Shown here piece by piece: positions 18,150 to 27,189 of a DNA stretch of 57,089 nt (positions within the stretch are counted from its first letter, which is position 1; each line of letters begins with the position of its first letter). The DNA is from a virus (taxonomy: Duplodnaviria; Caudoviricetes). The stretch is taken from positions 1 to 57,089 of the IMG/VR virus record IMGVR_UViG_3300025087_001783, one strand, 5' to 3'. The position numbers were made by a program, and so were the translations under genes. Below the pieces are notes generated by a model that did no database searches, had not been told where the DNA came from, and saw only the letters and a list, made by a program, of their open reading frames with translations.

Positions 18150-19413
18150 CGTCACGATTATCATCCCAGTTTATTGTACCAATCAGCAGGGATTGAATTG
18201 GCTGGATGAGTGTTTGCAGAGTGCATTGGCACAGGAATGCGCAGTGGTGGCATATGACGATGGATCTACGGTAAATGTTAGGGAGGTGCTAAGTAAATAT
18301 AATATAACATATTCCTATCGCGACGAGCACCTGGGTGTTAGTGCAGCAAGAAATGCTTGTGCTGAGCTTGCAAAAACATCGTTGATATTACCATTAGATT
18401 GTGATGACAGGCTCAAACCTGGTGCTGTAGAGAAACTGGTGTATAGATGGGCAGGTGTGCCAGTATACCCAGACCTGGAGAAATTTGGTAAGGTCCGTGA
18501 TCCGCATTACAGGTTGATGGATTTTCATTGTGATCACGTGCTAAACTATGTAGGATTTACAAGCGTGAACGTGCTGCACTCTGTAGAGCAGCATAAGGCA
18601 ATTGGTGGTTGGGACACCAGCCTGGATTTTTATGAAGATGGCGAGTATAATGCCAGGCTGTTGGGAACATATTGTGGACTTCATCTTGCGGAGCCGTTGG
18701 TTGAATACAGGATACATGACCACCAGCGCACGCAACAATATAAGAAGCAAGCAGCCCAGTACACAGCTGTCTTGCTCAATAAAATTAGGAGTTATGAAAT
18801 GGCCTGTAGAACATGTGGTGGAAAGCGCAGAACGGGTTTTGGCAACGATCCTACTCGTCCTGCTGCACAGACTAGTACACTCAATGCAACAGCTACTACG
18901 CGCGGTCCAATTGTTCAGGTGTCAGTTGGGGAAAGCTGGCGATCCTTGCCAAGCGAGTTCGAGGGCAGGATTTTGGCGCGTTATGTTGGCGGCAAGGGCA
19001 AAGGTCGGCATTACTATCAGGGTAAAATCTCTAACATTCCATATCGTGTTACTCATGGAGACGTGCTGTACGCGGACGCGCGGGATGTTCGGGATGCCGA
19101 GAACACTGCTGACACTCGCCAGCTGGTGCGTATCAAGCAGGAAGAGCTGGCGTCCAAGCCAGAGCCGGCAAAGGTTGTAGAGCCGGAGCTTCCCCAACTT
19201 GTTGAAGAGAAAGTTGAGCCGACTCCTGAACCTACTGCTCCAGTTGTCAAGGAGCTGCCTGAATTGAGCAACATGACAGTGGATGACGTGCTGGCACTGG
19301 ATTTGAGCGAACATGATGTACCAGCAATGATCCGTTCCGAGGCACGCGGCAAGAATCGCAAGGTTGTTATCAGCTACCTGAAGAACAAGGTGAAGCGTGG
19401 TGGAGCTAAATGA
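18142..19413 (+). CDS. Glycosyltransferase family 2 fused to a CxxC-starting, Pro/Glu-rich region ending in a LEM/Rho-N-like helical domain
   Basis: TIIIPVY, YDDGS, PLDCDD, GGWD..YEDGE; in-frame internal AGGAG+ATG at 18799 (MACRTCGG); C-terminal EARGKNRKVVISYL. Confidence 0.75.
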   Translation: MYNVTIIIPVYCTNQQGLNWLDECLQSALAQECAVVAYDDGSTVNVREVLSKYNITYSYRDEHLGVSAARNACAELAKTSLILPLDCDDRLKPGAVEKLVYRWAGVPVYPDLEKFGKVRDPHYRLMDFHCDHVLNYVGFTSVNVLHSVEQHKAIGGWDTSLDFYEDGEYNARLLGTYCGLHLAEPLVEYRIHDHQRTQQYKKQAAQYTAVLLNKIRSYEMACRTCGGKRRTGFGNDPTRPAAQTSTLNATATTRGPIVQVSVGESWRSLPSEFEGRILARYVGGKGKGRHYYQGKISNIPYRVTHGDVLYADARDVRDAENTADTRQLVRIKQEELASKPEPAKVVEPELPQLVEEKVEPTPEPTAPVVKELPELSNMTVDDVLALDLSEHDVPAMIRSEARGKNRKVVISYLKNKVKRGGAK

Positions 19414-19732
19414 TCTGATTGCCGCAATATTGATTGGGCTTGCCACATTCGCAATAACTTACCTGGTGCAGTGTACAGATGGCCCATTCAATATTTTCAA
19501 CAAGTTTAGGTTAATAGCAGGTATTCGCACGGAAACATACAATAAAGGCACTCCTGGCGAATATGCTATAGAGGTTGTGGATGACAAATTCTTTGCTAAA
19601 CTTGTTAGCTGCTGGTGGTGCATGAGCACGTGGGTGGCATTGGTGCTGACGTTGGTCACACTGTCGCACCCTGTTGCGTGGCCTGCAGCAATTGGGTTGG
19701 CAGGCCTTATGCATAAAATTGTGGAGGATTGA
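19397..19732 (+). CDS. DUF1360-like membrane protein
   Basis: Hydrophobic helices, DGPF and LVSCWWCMSTW motifs. Confidence 0.6.
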   Translation: MVELNDLIAAILIGLATFAITYLVQCTDGPFNIFNKFRLIAGIRTETYNKGTPGEYAIEVVDDKFFAKLVSCWWCMSTWVALVLTLVTLSHPVAWPAAIGLAGLMHKIVED

Positions 19733-20811
19733 TGGCTCGTTACACGGATGGCATTCTCCCAACTGGTCAAACCCTCCGATTATCATTAGACAGATATCAG
19801 GAGCTGATGCGCTTGCCGGAGGCATCATTCAATGGCATTTACCGTTCCACGGATGAGAGCTGTTACGACTGTGCACAGATCTGGAAACAGTACGATCGGG
19901 ATGCTATCGCAATCGCAATCGGGCAAGCTGAGGAGATGCGCGAGAGTGAGCTTGGTTATCATTTGGCGCCTGTGTACTTGAATGATGAGGAGTATGATTA
20001 CGACTACCCGATGATCCTCAAGAGGAAGCATCTGATTGAGATTGGCGAAGAGGCATCATCGGACATTTCCCTGGCAGCCGCGTTGACTTTGAGCGTTGGT
20101 GCAGTTATCAATGATCCTGTGGTATTGACGGTTGCTACCACAGTTACCTCCACGAGCGAGATAAAAGTTTATTATCCTGGAGAGGATGTTGAGATTCGTC
20201 CAAGCAGCATTTCCATTAGTGGAGGCGTGGCCACGATCAACATACCTCGCTCCAGGCTTTTGGATCCGGATATTGACACAAACTGCACTGAGCCAAATTA
20301 CGACGACGATAGCAATTTCATAACCACGGTTGATGTAAAGCGCGTATACAATAATGTCGAAGGCGCGTATTTTGTGTGGTTTGGGGATTGCGCAGTATTT
20401 TGCAATACGTCGTTCACGGAAACAACCCAGCTTGCATACCCTAGGATTACAGACACGCGGCTGAGCGTTGTTGAATTTTACCCTGCAACGCATTCAGGCA
20501 CGACCTGGTCCAGTGCCAACTGGTCAAAGTGCTGCTATCCGTGCAGGGTGCGTGTAAGTTATAAAAGTGGTAGGCAGTCCTCTGTCAGCACAGAGCTGCT
20601 GACATCGCGACTGGCGCATACGCTGCTGTCGGATATGTTGCCGAAATCCCAGGATCCTTGTGCCGACTGCTACAAGGATGATCGTATCAGGGATGCCAGC
20701 GAGTTGATAACTCCATATGGTACAGCGTCTGGTGCTATCAAGGCTTGGATGGCTGACAGCCGCGCAAAAATTGGTCAGGGATCAAAATTTCCTCGCGTAC
20801 GTTCTTGTTAG
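19732..20811 (+). CDS. Putative head-completion/head-tail adaptor protein
   Basis: GGAGG RBS; N-terminal helix then 'AEEMRESELGYHL' typical of adaptors; beta-rich Thr/Ser/Val composition; position after the capsid module. Confidence 0.4.
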   Translation: MARYTDGILPTGQTLRLSLDRYQELMRLPEASFNGIYRSTDESCYDCAQIWKQYDRDAIAIAIGQAEEMRESELGYHLAPVYLNDEEYDYDYPMILKRKHLIEIGEEASSDISLAAALTLSVGAVINDPVVLTVATTVTSTSEIKVYYPGEDVEIRPSSISISGGVATINIPRSRLLDPDIDTNCTEPNYDDDSNFITTVDVKRVYNNVEGAYFVWFGDCAVFCNTSFTETTQLAYPRITDTRLSVVEFYPATHSGTTWSSANWSKCCYPCRVRVSYKSGRQSSVSTELLTSRLAHTLLSDMLPKSQDPCADCYKDDRIRDASELITPYGTASGAIKAWMADSRAKIGQGSKFPRVRSC

Positions 20812-20822
20812 AGAGAGAGATT

Positions 20823-21215
20823 ATGAAATACAAAATCGTGCTCAAAGGTGGCGCAGGATCAGGAAACTATGGTCATGCAGGTAGACCTGGTAAGATAGGT
20901 GGAAGTTCCGAAGGTGGTGGAAAGGCATTTAGTCTTGATGATACGCGGATTGAAGACATAACAAAAGTTGCGTTTCCTAAAAGATATGGACGCAAAATGC
21001 GTATCACACAAAGATATGACACAAATGACGAAGCGCAATCCACTATACGAAAGATAGATAGAAATTTACGTAGGGATGGGTGGAAATATGTTGGAATTGT
21101 AGATACACACGCTGCAGCTAGACGATATCAAAAAGATGGTAGTGTTCTTGATATTAGCAAGCAGTGGATGCCCAGGTATGGTTACACTGTGCATGCGCAG
21201 TTGATAGAGGAATAG
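20823..21215 (+). CDS. Small protein with N-terminal Gly-rich tag (copy 3, 20844-20906)
   Basis: MKYKIVL-KGGAGSGNYGHAGRPGKIGGS followed by an unrelated ~100-aa basic domain. Confidence 0.75.
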   Translation: MKYKIVLKGGAGSGNYGHAGRPGKIGGSSEGGGKAFSLDDTRIEDITKVAFPKRYGRKMRITQRYDTNDEAQSTIRKIDRNLRRDGWKYVGIVDTHAAARRYQKDGSVLDISKQWMPRYGYTVHAQLIEE

Positions 21216-21236
21216 TGGCAAAGATGGAGAATACTC

Positions 21237-21668
21237 ATGGACAACTTGATTAACACGCTTTGGCTCGTATTTGCTGCAGCAATGCTCGTGCTGCTATTTG
21301 CAGGAGCAATGGAAATCAATAAATACCTGCTCAAAACCGGCAAGCACCCTGCACTCAGGCACTGGATGGCCCAGGCAATTACCCTGGCATATAAGACCAG
21401 CGACCAGGTATTTGATGCCACCAACCAGCGCCTATATGGAGTTGACAAGGTTGGGATTATCAAAATCATCTACACTATGCTGCCTGAAGTGATCATCGTG
21501 TTTGGGTTGAGGATGTACTGGAAGCGTTATGTCAGTCAGGACATGTTCGTTGCCCAGGTAAGTAAGTACTACGATGAGCTGGTGGAGCAGTATCATCTTG
21601 TACAGCATGCAGTATTGCGGGAAATGATCGAAGCTGTCGGTGCCGAAATGCCTGTTGTGGAGGACTAA
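21237..21668 (+). CDS. Possible holin (LL-H-like) or membrane protein
   Basis: Single N-terminal TM helix followed by A..AY...DQ..G.DK pattern; GGAG RBS. Confidence 0.4.
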   Translation: MDNLINTLWLVFAAAMLVLLFAGAMEINKYLLKTGKHPALRHWMAQAITLAYKTSDQVFDATNQRLYGVDKVGIIKIIYTMLPEVIIVFGLRMYWKRYVSQDMFVAQVSKYYDELVEQYHLVQHAVLREMIEAVGAEMPVVED

Positions 21669-22061
21669 TGAAATGCAAAATTAGACTCAAAGGTGGTCCA
21701 GGAAGTGGAAATAGAGGCCATGCTGGCAGGCCAGGGAAAGTTGGAGGCAGTTCTAGTGCTGGCGGTGGTGCAAATAAGGTGCGTGGCGTTAATAGTTATG
21801 GAGTTGATCTTGACAAGGTTATTATACACATGGGGGAGAAGTGGTCATGATTACAAAGGTGGCACAGTAATTAGTGTTGAAGATAGTGATTATGGGGCAT
21901 CGTTTAAGGTCACGCTTGGTTTGCACATTCCTGGTACCAAGCCTTATGTTGTAGAAGTACCCGATTGGAAAATCCGCAGGTTGACAGGTTCTGTAGATGA
22001 CATTTCGGATATTCCTGAAGATGTGCCATTTGATCTGAGACCGCATCTTACAGGCCTGTAA
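21668..22061 (+). pseudogene. Small tagged protein (tag copy 4, 21689-21751), frameshifted near 21824
   Basis: MKCKIRL-KGGPGSGNRGHAGRPGKVGGS frame stops at 21850; the +1 frame continues YTWGRSGHDYKGGTVISV... to 22061. Confidence 0.55.
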
Positions 22062-22081
22062 TATTACGGATAAGTTATAAG

Positions 22082-22125
22082 CAAGTTTAGTAATATAGGC
22101 AGCACTCCCACTGCCTATATTTTAT
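22082..22125 (+). promoter_or_regulatory. CAAGTTTAGT motif overlapping an 11-bp hairpin (terminator and/or promoter for the replication block)
   Basis: AATATAGGCAG-CACTCCCA-CTGCCTATATT followed by TTAT. Confidence 0.55.
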
Positions 22126-22140
22126 CCCCGTAGGTGGCAT

Positions 22141-23499
22141 ATGGAACTCAGCATTATTGCTGGCGACGTAAACTGCTCCGTGGCCCAGCCTAGAAATCAT
22201 TTGCATGCTCTGGCAATTATCCGCAATGTTTGCAGAGCGCGTCCTAATGGCTATCAATTCATGCCGCGTTACAGAAAAGGCATGTGGGATGGTTACATCA
22301 GCCTTATGCAAGGATTCTCCAAATTCCCAACGGGTTTGCTGCCATTGGTGGAGAAAACTTTGCTGGAGGCTGGTTACAATCTTACGATCAGTGCTCATAT
22401 CCCAGAAGATGCACAATATACAATCGAAGATGACTGTTTGAATGGCATAACTCTGAGAGACTACCAGATAGAAGCTGCACAGGCATTACTGCAAGCGCGG
22501 CGTGGTGTTGCTAAAATGGCGACCAATGCTGGTAAGACCGAGGTCATGGCTGCGATTATCAAACAGTTGCATGTCAGGACCATGGTGCTGGTGCATCGTA
22601 AGGAGCTGTTGTATCAGACTGCGCAGCGTTTTGAGCATCGTCTAGGTATACGTGTAGGTAAGATAGGAGATGGCATTCAGGACGTGCAGGGTGTTACTGT
22701 TGCCATGGTGCAAACATTATCAAAACGTATGCATGAGATCGACCTCAGCGATATTGGTTTGGTGATGGTGGATGAGTGTCACCATATGAGCAGCGACCAG
22801 CATATGGACTGCTTGCAGCATATACCTGGCGCGTATAGGTTCGGCTTTAGTGGTACTCCGCTCAAGTACGATCAGCTGAATGATCTCAAGCTGATTGCTG
22901 CAACTGGTGATATTGTATATGAAGTCACCAACAAGAACCTGATTGAAAATCAATATTCAGCAAAGCCTAAAATATGCCTGTGCGAGATGATTGATCTTGA
23001 GCGCAAGTCCTGGAAGCAGAAGTATTCCAGCGCGTACGAGGATTTGATCGTAAATAATAGCAGGCGCAACCGTAAGATTGCTAAGTTCGCCAAGGAAGCA
23101 ACAGGAACTGTGTTGGTGCTGGTGAATAGATTGGATCATGGTGAGAAACTGGCGAGCATGATTGTAGGCAGTCAGTTTGTGCACGGCAGTGATACAACAG
23201 ATACCAGGCAAAATATATTAGACGAGATGCGATCCGGTGCAGGTGGAGTGTATGTGGCGTCACCTATATTTGACGAGGGAGTTGATGTGCCGGCATTGGA
23301 CTGCGTGATATTGGCAGGAGGAGGAAAAAGTCACATAAAGCTGTTACAGCGTTTGGGCAGAGGCATGCGCAAGAAGGATAGAAATAACGTATTGTTGGTG
23401 TACGACTTCGTAGACAATACCAACCGATATTTGTATAATCACAGCCTTGCGAGGATAGCCACCTATGAAGAGGAAGAATTTGAAGTCCAACGCATTTGA
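22141..23499 (+). CDS. SF2 DEAD/DEAH helicase (UvsW-like)
   Basis: LRDYQ, ATNAGKT, DECH, SGT, DEGVDVP, QRLGRGMR. Confidence 0.9.
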   Translation: MELSIIAGDVNCSVAQPRNHLHALAIIRNVCRARPNGYQFMPRYRKGMWDGYISLMQGFSKFPTGLLPLVEKTLLEAGYNLTISAHIPEDAQYTIEDDCLNGITLRDYQIEAAQALLQARRGVAKMATNAGKTEVMAAIIKQLHVRTMVLVHRKELLYQTAQRFEHRLGIRVGKIGDGIQDVQGVTVAMVQTLSKRMHEIDLSDIGLVMVDECHHMSSDQHMDCLQHIPGAYRFGFSGTPLKYDQLNDLKLIAATGDIVYEVTNKNLIENQYSAKPKICLCEMIDLERKSWKQKYSSAYEDLIVNNSRRNRKIAKFAKEATGTVLVLVNRLDHGEKLASMIVGSQFVHGSDTTDTRQNILDEMRSGAGGVYVASPIFDEGVDVPALDCVILAGGGKSHIKLLQRLGRGMRKKDRNNVLLVYDFVDNTNRYLYNHSLARIATYEEEEFEVQRI

Positions 23500-24040
23500 A
23501 CCACAGCTGGTAGGGTTTTATAGGAGCGCCAACAAGCAGACGTTTGGAGCGCTGGTGCGCGTGCCATCTAGGCATTACAAACGCTTCAAGGAGTTTGAGC
23601 ACGTGCTGCAGGATATGAACATAAGCTGTCGGGAGTATGCGTATGCAACAGTCAAAATGCTGGAAAGCTGGGTGCATAAGAAGGGATTATCTTACGTTCC
23701 TGTGAACACATTTACAGGAACATGGCTGTTGACACGATATTTACGCACAGTCAACAGCGAAACAGTCAGCATTGATGTTACTAATGATAAAGATGACATG
23801 CTGTTACACAGCGAGTTGCAGGTTGCAAGGATGTACATCTATCATGGTGGTACGCGCCGCATGAGTGATGTTGTGAACGATTTGCGCCCATTGCTGCACG
23901 ACGAGTGGTTGGATGCATATGCTCGTGGCAGCGGCAGGCCTATTGCGCAAGCTCTTGAAATGCTCAGCAACGAATTTGGTATACATGCCAGCTCCTATGC
24001 AGATATCGTAACATGGCAGACAAATACAGCTACCCATTAG
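23465..24040 (+). CDS. Hypothetical protein (replication-associated by position)
   Basis: Overlaps the helicase genes on both sides. Confidence 0.6.
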   Translation: MKRKNLKSNAFEPQLVGFYRSANKQTFGALVRVPSRHYKRFKEFEHVLQDMNISCREYAYATVKMLESWVHKKGLSYVPVNTFTGTWLLTRYLRTVNSETVSIDVTNDKDDMLLHSELQVARMYIYHGGTRRMSDVVNDLRPLLHDEWLDAYARGSGRPIAQALEMLSNEFGIHASSYADIVTWQTNTATH

Positions 24041-25290
24041 AGTTTCGTAGGAAAGTCCTGGCCCTGATGCTGGACAACGTTTGGTTGTCTAGATTTGGCA
24101 TTGGTATCATCAAGCCGGAGTACTTCGACACGGATCAGGAAGAGCGTGTTGCCAGGGCCATCGTGCAATACAGGCAAACCTATGGCATAGCACCCAAGGA
24201 TCCTGACGATGTTATTATGATGGCTGGTGCTGGCACGGAAGACCTTGTACACGAGATCTACGAGGAGCAGGACAGCTATGACACTAAACTGGCAGAGGAC
24301 ATCGTTATCCAGTTTGCCAAAGAGCAGAGTGTAAAATTAGCAATTGTAGAGAGTATAGACGATATCCAGCGTGGGGATTTGAAAGCACCCCTGGCGCGTA
24401 TGAAGGAAGCTGTCAGTGTTGGAGATAGCATCCTTTCCCCAGGAATAGACCCGATTGCAGATATTGATAAATGGCTGTACGATTATTGGAGTAGCAAAGT
24501 TCCAACAGGTATGCCGCATGTCGATAATATTTTGGAGGGAGGACTTGGCCCTGGAGAATTGGGATGTATGCTGGCGCCACAGAACAAGGGCAAGAGTTTA
24601 TCATTAATCAACATAGGCTATGGTGCAGCCAGTATTCTTGCTGGTAAAAACGTTGCACACTTTACGCACGAGATGAGCACATCCCAGGTTGCCAAGCGTT
24701 ATGCGGCGCGTATGTGTTTCAGATTTCCATCCAAGACCGATGATCTGCAGGAGTATGCTGAAGAGGTTATTGAGGCAGCGCGCAAGTTACTGCCTGGTAA
24801 GATACGCGTTATTGGTGGTGCTACGAGGATGTCATCGCATGAGATTGATGCGCACATGGAACGACTGGTTGCGGAGGGATTTGAGCCTGGGCTGATAGTT
24901 GACGATTATGCGGATTTGATTGTACCAACCAGGCACTATAATGAGCGCAGGTTTGAGATCAGCGCCAATTTCGAGTATTTGCGAGGCCTTGGGGACAGGT
25001 TTGGTTGCCCAGTTTGGACAGCCAGCCAGTCGACGCGTGCCTCGCATTCTAAGGAACTTATCACGCTGGCAGATTTTGCGGAGGATATCGGCAAGGCCTC
25101 TGTTAGCGATGTTGTAATATCGTTATGCCAAACCCGTGAAGAGGAGGAGACCGAACGTTGTCGGTTGTATATGGCAAAAGTCCGAGACGGTCGCAACCAC
25201 TCTACAATCGCTGCTAAGTACTACAGCGATTGTCAGGCAGTTATTACTACGGGATTAGTGAAGTACAAGAAGCAGGAGCGCGATGTTTGA
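24013..25290 (+). CDS. Replicative DnaB/gp41-like helicase
   Basis: APQNKGKS Walker A, THEM, IVDDYADL, VWTASQ, AKVRDG. Confidence 0.9.
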   Translation: MADKYSYPLEFRRKVLALMLDNVWLSRFGIGIIKPEYFDTDQEERVARAIVQYRQTYGIAPKDPDDVIMMAGAGTEDLVHEIYEEQDSYDTKLAEDIVIQFAKEQSVKLAIVESIDDIQRGDLKAPLARMKEAVSVGDSILSPGIDPIADIDKWLYDYWSSKVPTGMPHVDNILEGGLGPGELGCMLAPQNKGKSLSLINIGYGAASILAGKNVAHFTHEMSTSQVAKRYAARMCFRFPSKTDDLQEYAEEVIEAARKLLPGKIRVIGGATRMSSHEIDAHMERLVAEGFEPGLIVDDYADLIVPTRHYNERRFEISANFEYLRGLGDRFGCPVWTASQSTRASHSKELITLADFAEDIGKASVSDVVISLCQTREEEETERCRLYMAKVRDGRNHSTIAAKYYSDCQAVITTGLVKYKKQERDV

Positions 25291-26152
25291 CGTTGTCAGC
25301 TTTGTAGAGCGCAATTTCCCTGAGTGCAATCAATCTGGATTTGAGCTGCAGGTTTGCTGTCCTATGTGCGATGACAGCAAACAGCACTTATACATCAACA
25401 CCCAGCGCCAGGTTTGTCATTGCTTCAAGTGTGGATACAGCAATAACTGGGTTGGGTTGGTGATGGACGTCACAGGCTTGCCGTACTACAGAGCAATCGG
25501 CGAGTTGTACCACGTCCCTCGCATGCGGGATTTTCATTCAAAGATTGAAGTTAAGCAGGATGCCAGACCTGCTGTGCAGTTACCTGAAGGCTTCAAGAAC
25601 ATACTGCTGGCAGAGGCCAAGCGTGCTAGAACGTATTTGAATAATAGAGGTATTACTGACAAGCAAATAGCACATTACAACCTCGGGATTGCTGTTAGCG
25701 TGCCAGGTAGGATTATCATTCCGATTGAGTTTGACTATTGGCAGGGAAGACGGTTGTACAAGTGGATGGATCCAAAATACATAAATCCAAAGAATCCTGC
25801 CAAAGAAGCTGTATTCAACAGTATTGCGTTGTCATTATATGAAGAGGTTGTTATTTGCGAGGGAGCATTCTCTGCCATGGCTGTGGGGGATAATGCTACT
25901 GCACTGATAGGTAAGGAATGCCCGCAGGAAAAGCTGGAGCGATTTGGTGGCAGTAAAGTCAGCAAATTTGTTGTAGCACTGGACAGTGATGCCAGAAAGC
26001 ATGCTATGATTTTAGCTGACAAGTTAAGTAGATTAGGGAAAGACGTCGAAATTTGGGAGTTTAACAGCGGTGATCCTGCAGAGAACGATGGAACTGTTCG
26101 TAAGCAGGATTACAATTTCAAGACGAAAGTGGAGGCTATGTTACGAAAATGA
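25283..26152 (+). CDS. DNA primase (Zn finger + Toprim)
   Basis: CPMC..H..CFKC; ICEGAFSA; ALDSDA; GDP. Confidence 0.9.
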   Translation: MFDVVSFVERNFPECNQSGFELQVCCPMCDDSKQHLYINTQRQVCHCFKCGYSNNWVGLVMDVTGLPYYRAIGELYHVPRMRDFHSKIEVKQDARPAVQLPEGFKNILLAEAKRARTYLNNRGITDKQIAHYNLGIAVSVPGRIIIPIEFDYWQGRRLYKWMDPKYINPKNPAKEAVFNSIALSLYEEVVICEGAFSAMAVGDNATALIGKECPQEKLERFGGSKVSKFVVALDSDARKHAMILADKLSRLGKDVEIWEFNSGDPAENDGTVRKQDYNFKTKVEAMLRK

Positions 26153-26364
26153 TTAAGCATATTGTAAAATCGTTTGATTTGTTGGTTAAGCTCATGGATG
26201 CAGCAAATATACTGCAAGTGCCATATGAAGTCACGAAAACGTATATTGACAAGAAACGTGGTGATGGATCTGTTGATGGAGTTGCACAATACACGATTAC
26301 TATCCACTCAAACGAGAATGAGACTCGTGAATTGCAGGAATCAATTTGGGACGGTATGCGATGA
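26149..26364 (+). CDS. Hypothetical protein
   Basis: 71-aa ORF coupled by ATGA overlaps. Confidence 0.55.
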   Translation: MIKHIVKSFDLLVKLMDAANILQVPYEVTKTYIDKKRGDGSVDGVAQYTITIHSNENETRELQESIWDGMR

Positions 26365-26963
26365 TTGGTCCAATGAGCGACAAGCGTATCAGGGAATTAT
26401 GCACTGGCGACAATCCAATGATCGAGCCATTTGTTGATGAGAATGTGCGAGAAATCAGTGGTGCATCGACTGGAAATTACAGGTTTGCTAAGAAAGTTAT
26501 ATCCTATGGGTTGTCCTCGTATGGGTATGATATGCGTTTGGCAACCGATTTCAAGATAGTTACCAGCTTGTATGCTGGAATTATCGATCCGAAGAACATT
26601 GATGCCTTGCACATGCATGAAGAGCATTCAGAGGACTATATTATCATTCCACCAAATGCGTTTGCTTTGGCTCACACGGTTGAATACTGGCGCATCCCTC
26701 GCAACGTGGTAGGTATCGTGCTTGGGAAGAGCACGTACGCGCGCTGCGGGTTGATCGCAAATGTCACAGCCCTGGAGCCAGGCTGGGAGGGGCATCTGAC
26801 GATTGAATTATCAAACAGTGCTCCCCTGCCGCTGAAGGTGTATGTTGGCGAGGGAATTGCACAGTGCATCCTGTTCGAAGCCTCCGAAGAGTGCGAAGTG
26901 TCCTACGCTGACAAGCAGGGAAAATACCAGGCGCAAACAGGTATTACCCTGCCGCGATTGTGA
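26361..26963 (+). CDS. dcd: dCTP deaminase
   Basis: [44 protein letters not shown]. Confidence 0.95.
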   Translation: MIGPMSDKRIRELCTGDNPMIEPFVDENVREISGASTGNYRFAKKVISYGLSSYGYDMRLATDFKIVTSLYAGIIDPKNIDALHMHEEHSEDYIIIPPNAFALAHTVEYWRIPRNVVGIVLGKSTYARCGLIANVTALEPGWEGHLTIELSNSAPLPLKVYVGEGIAQCILFEASEECEVSYADKQGKYQAQTGITLPRL

Positions 26964-27029
26964 ATCTTTTAAGGTTCGATTTGTGAAATCTAGAGTATAA
27001 TAAAAGTGCGAGGAAGATTCACCCTCGCA
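26956..27029 (+). promoter_or_regulatory. Putative early promoter (TATAAT 26996-27001) with palindromic operator-like sites and a 5' hairpin
   Basis: GATT-GTG-AATC (26956-26966), GATTT-GTG-AAATC (26978-26990), TGCGAGG/CCTCGCA stem (27007-27029). Confidence 0.5.
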
Positions 27030-27039
27030 GGAGGCTGCA

Positions 27040-27180
27040 ATGTTAAAGAACCTTTACCAGCTAATTTCTGAAGCGCAAGACTATGCAGAGGCATACGCTC
27101 GGCAGTATGCCATCACCGACCCTGATCTACTCAAGGCGATTTACGTCACGCACCTTGCGTACCTCTTGAACGAAAAGTAG
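27040..27180 (+). CDS. Small hypothetical protein (46 aa, below the ORF-track cutoff)
   Basis: AGGAGG RBS; MLKNLYQLISEAQDY...LLNEK; its stop overlaps the next RBS. Confidence 0.7.
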   Translation: MLKNLYQLISEAQDYAEAYARQYAITDPDLLKAIYVTHLAYLLNEK

Positions 27181-27189
27181 GAGGCTGCA

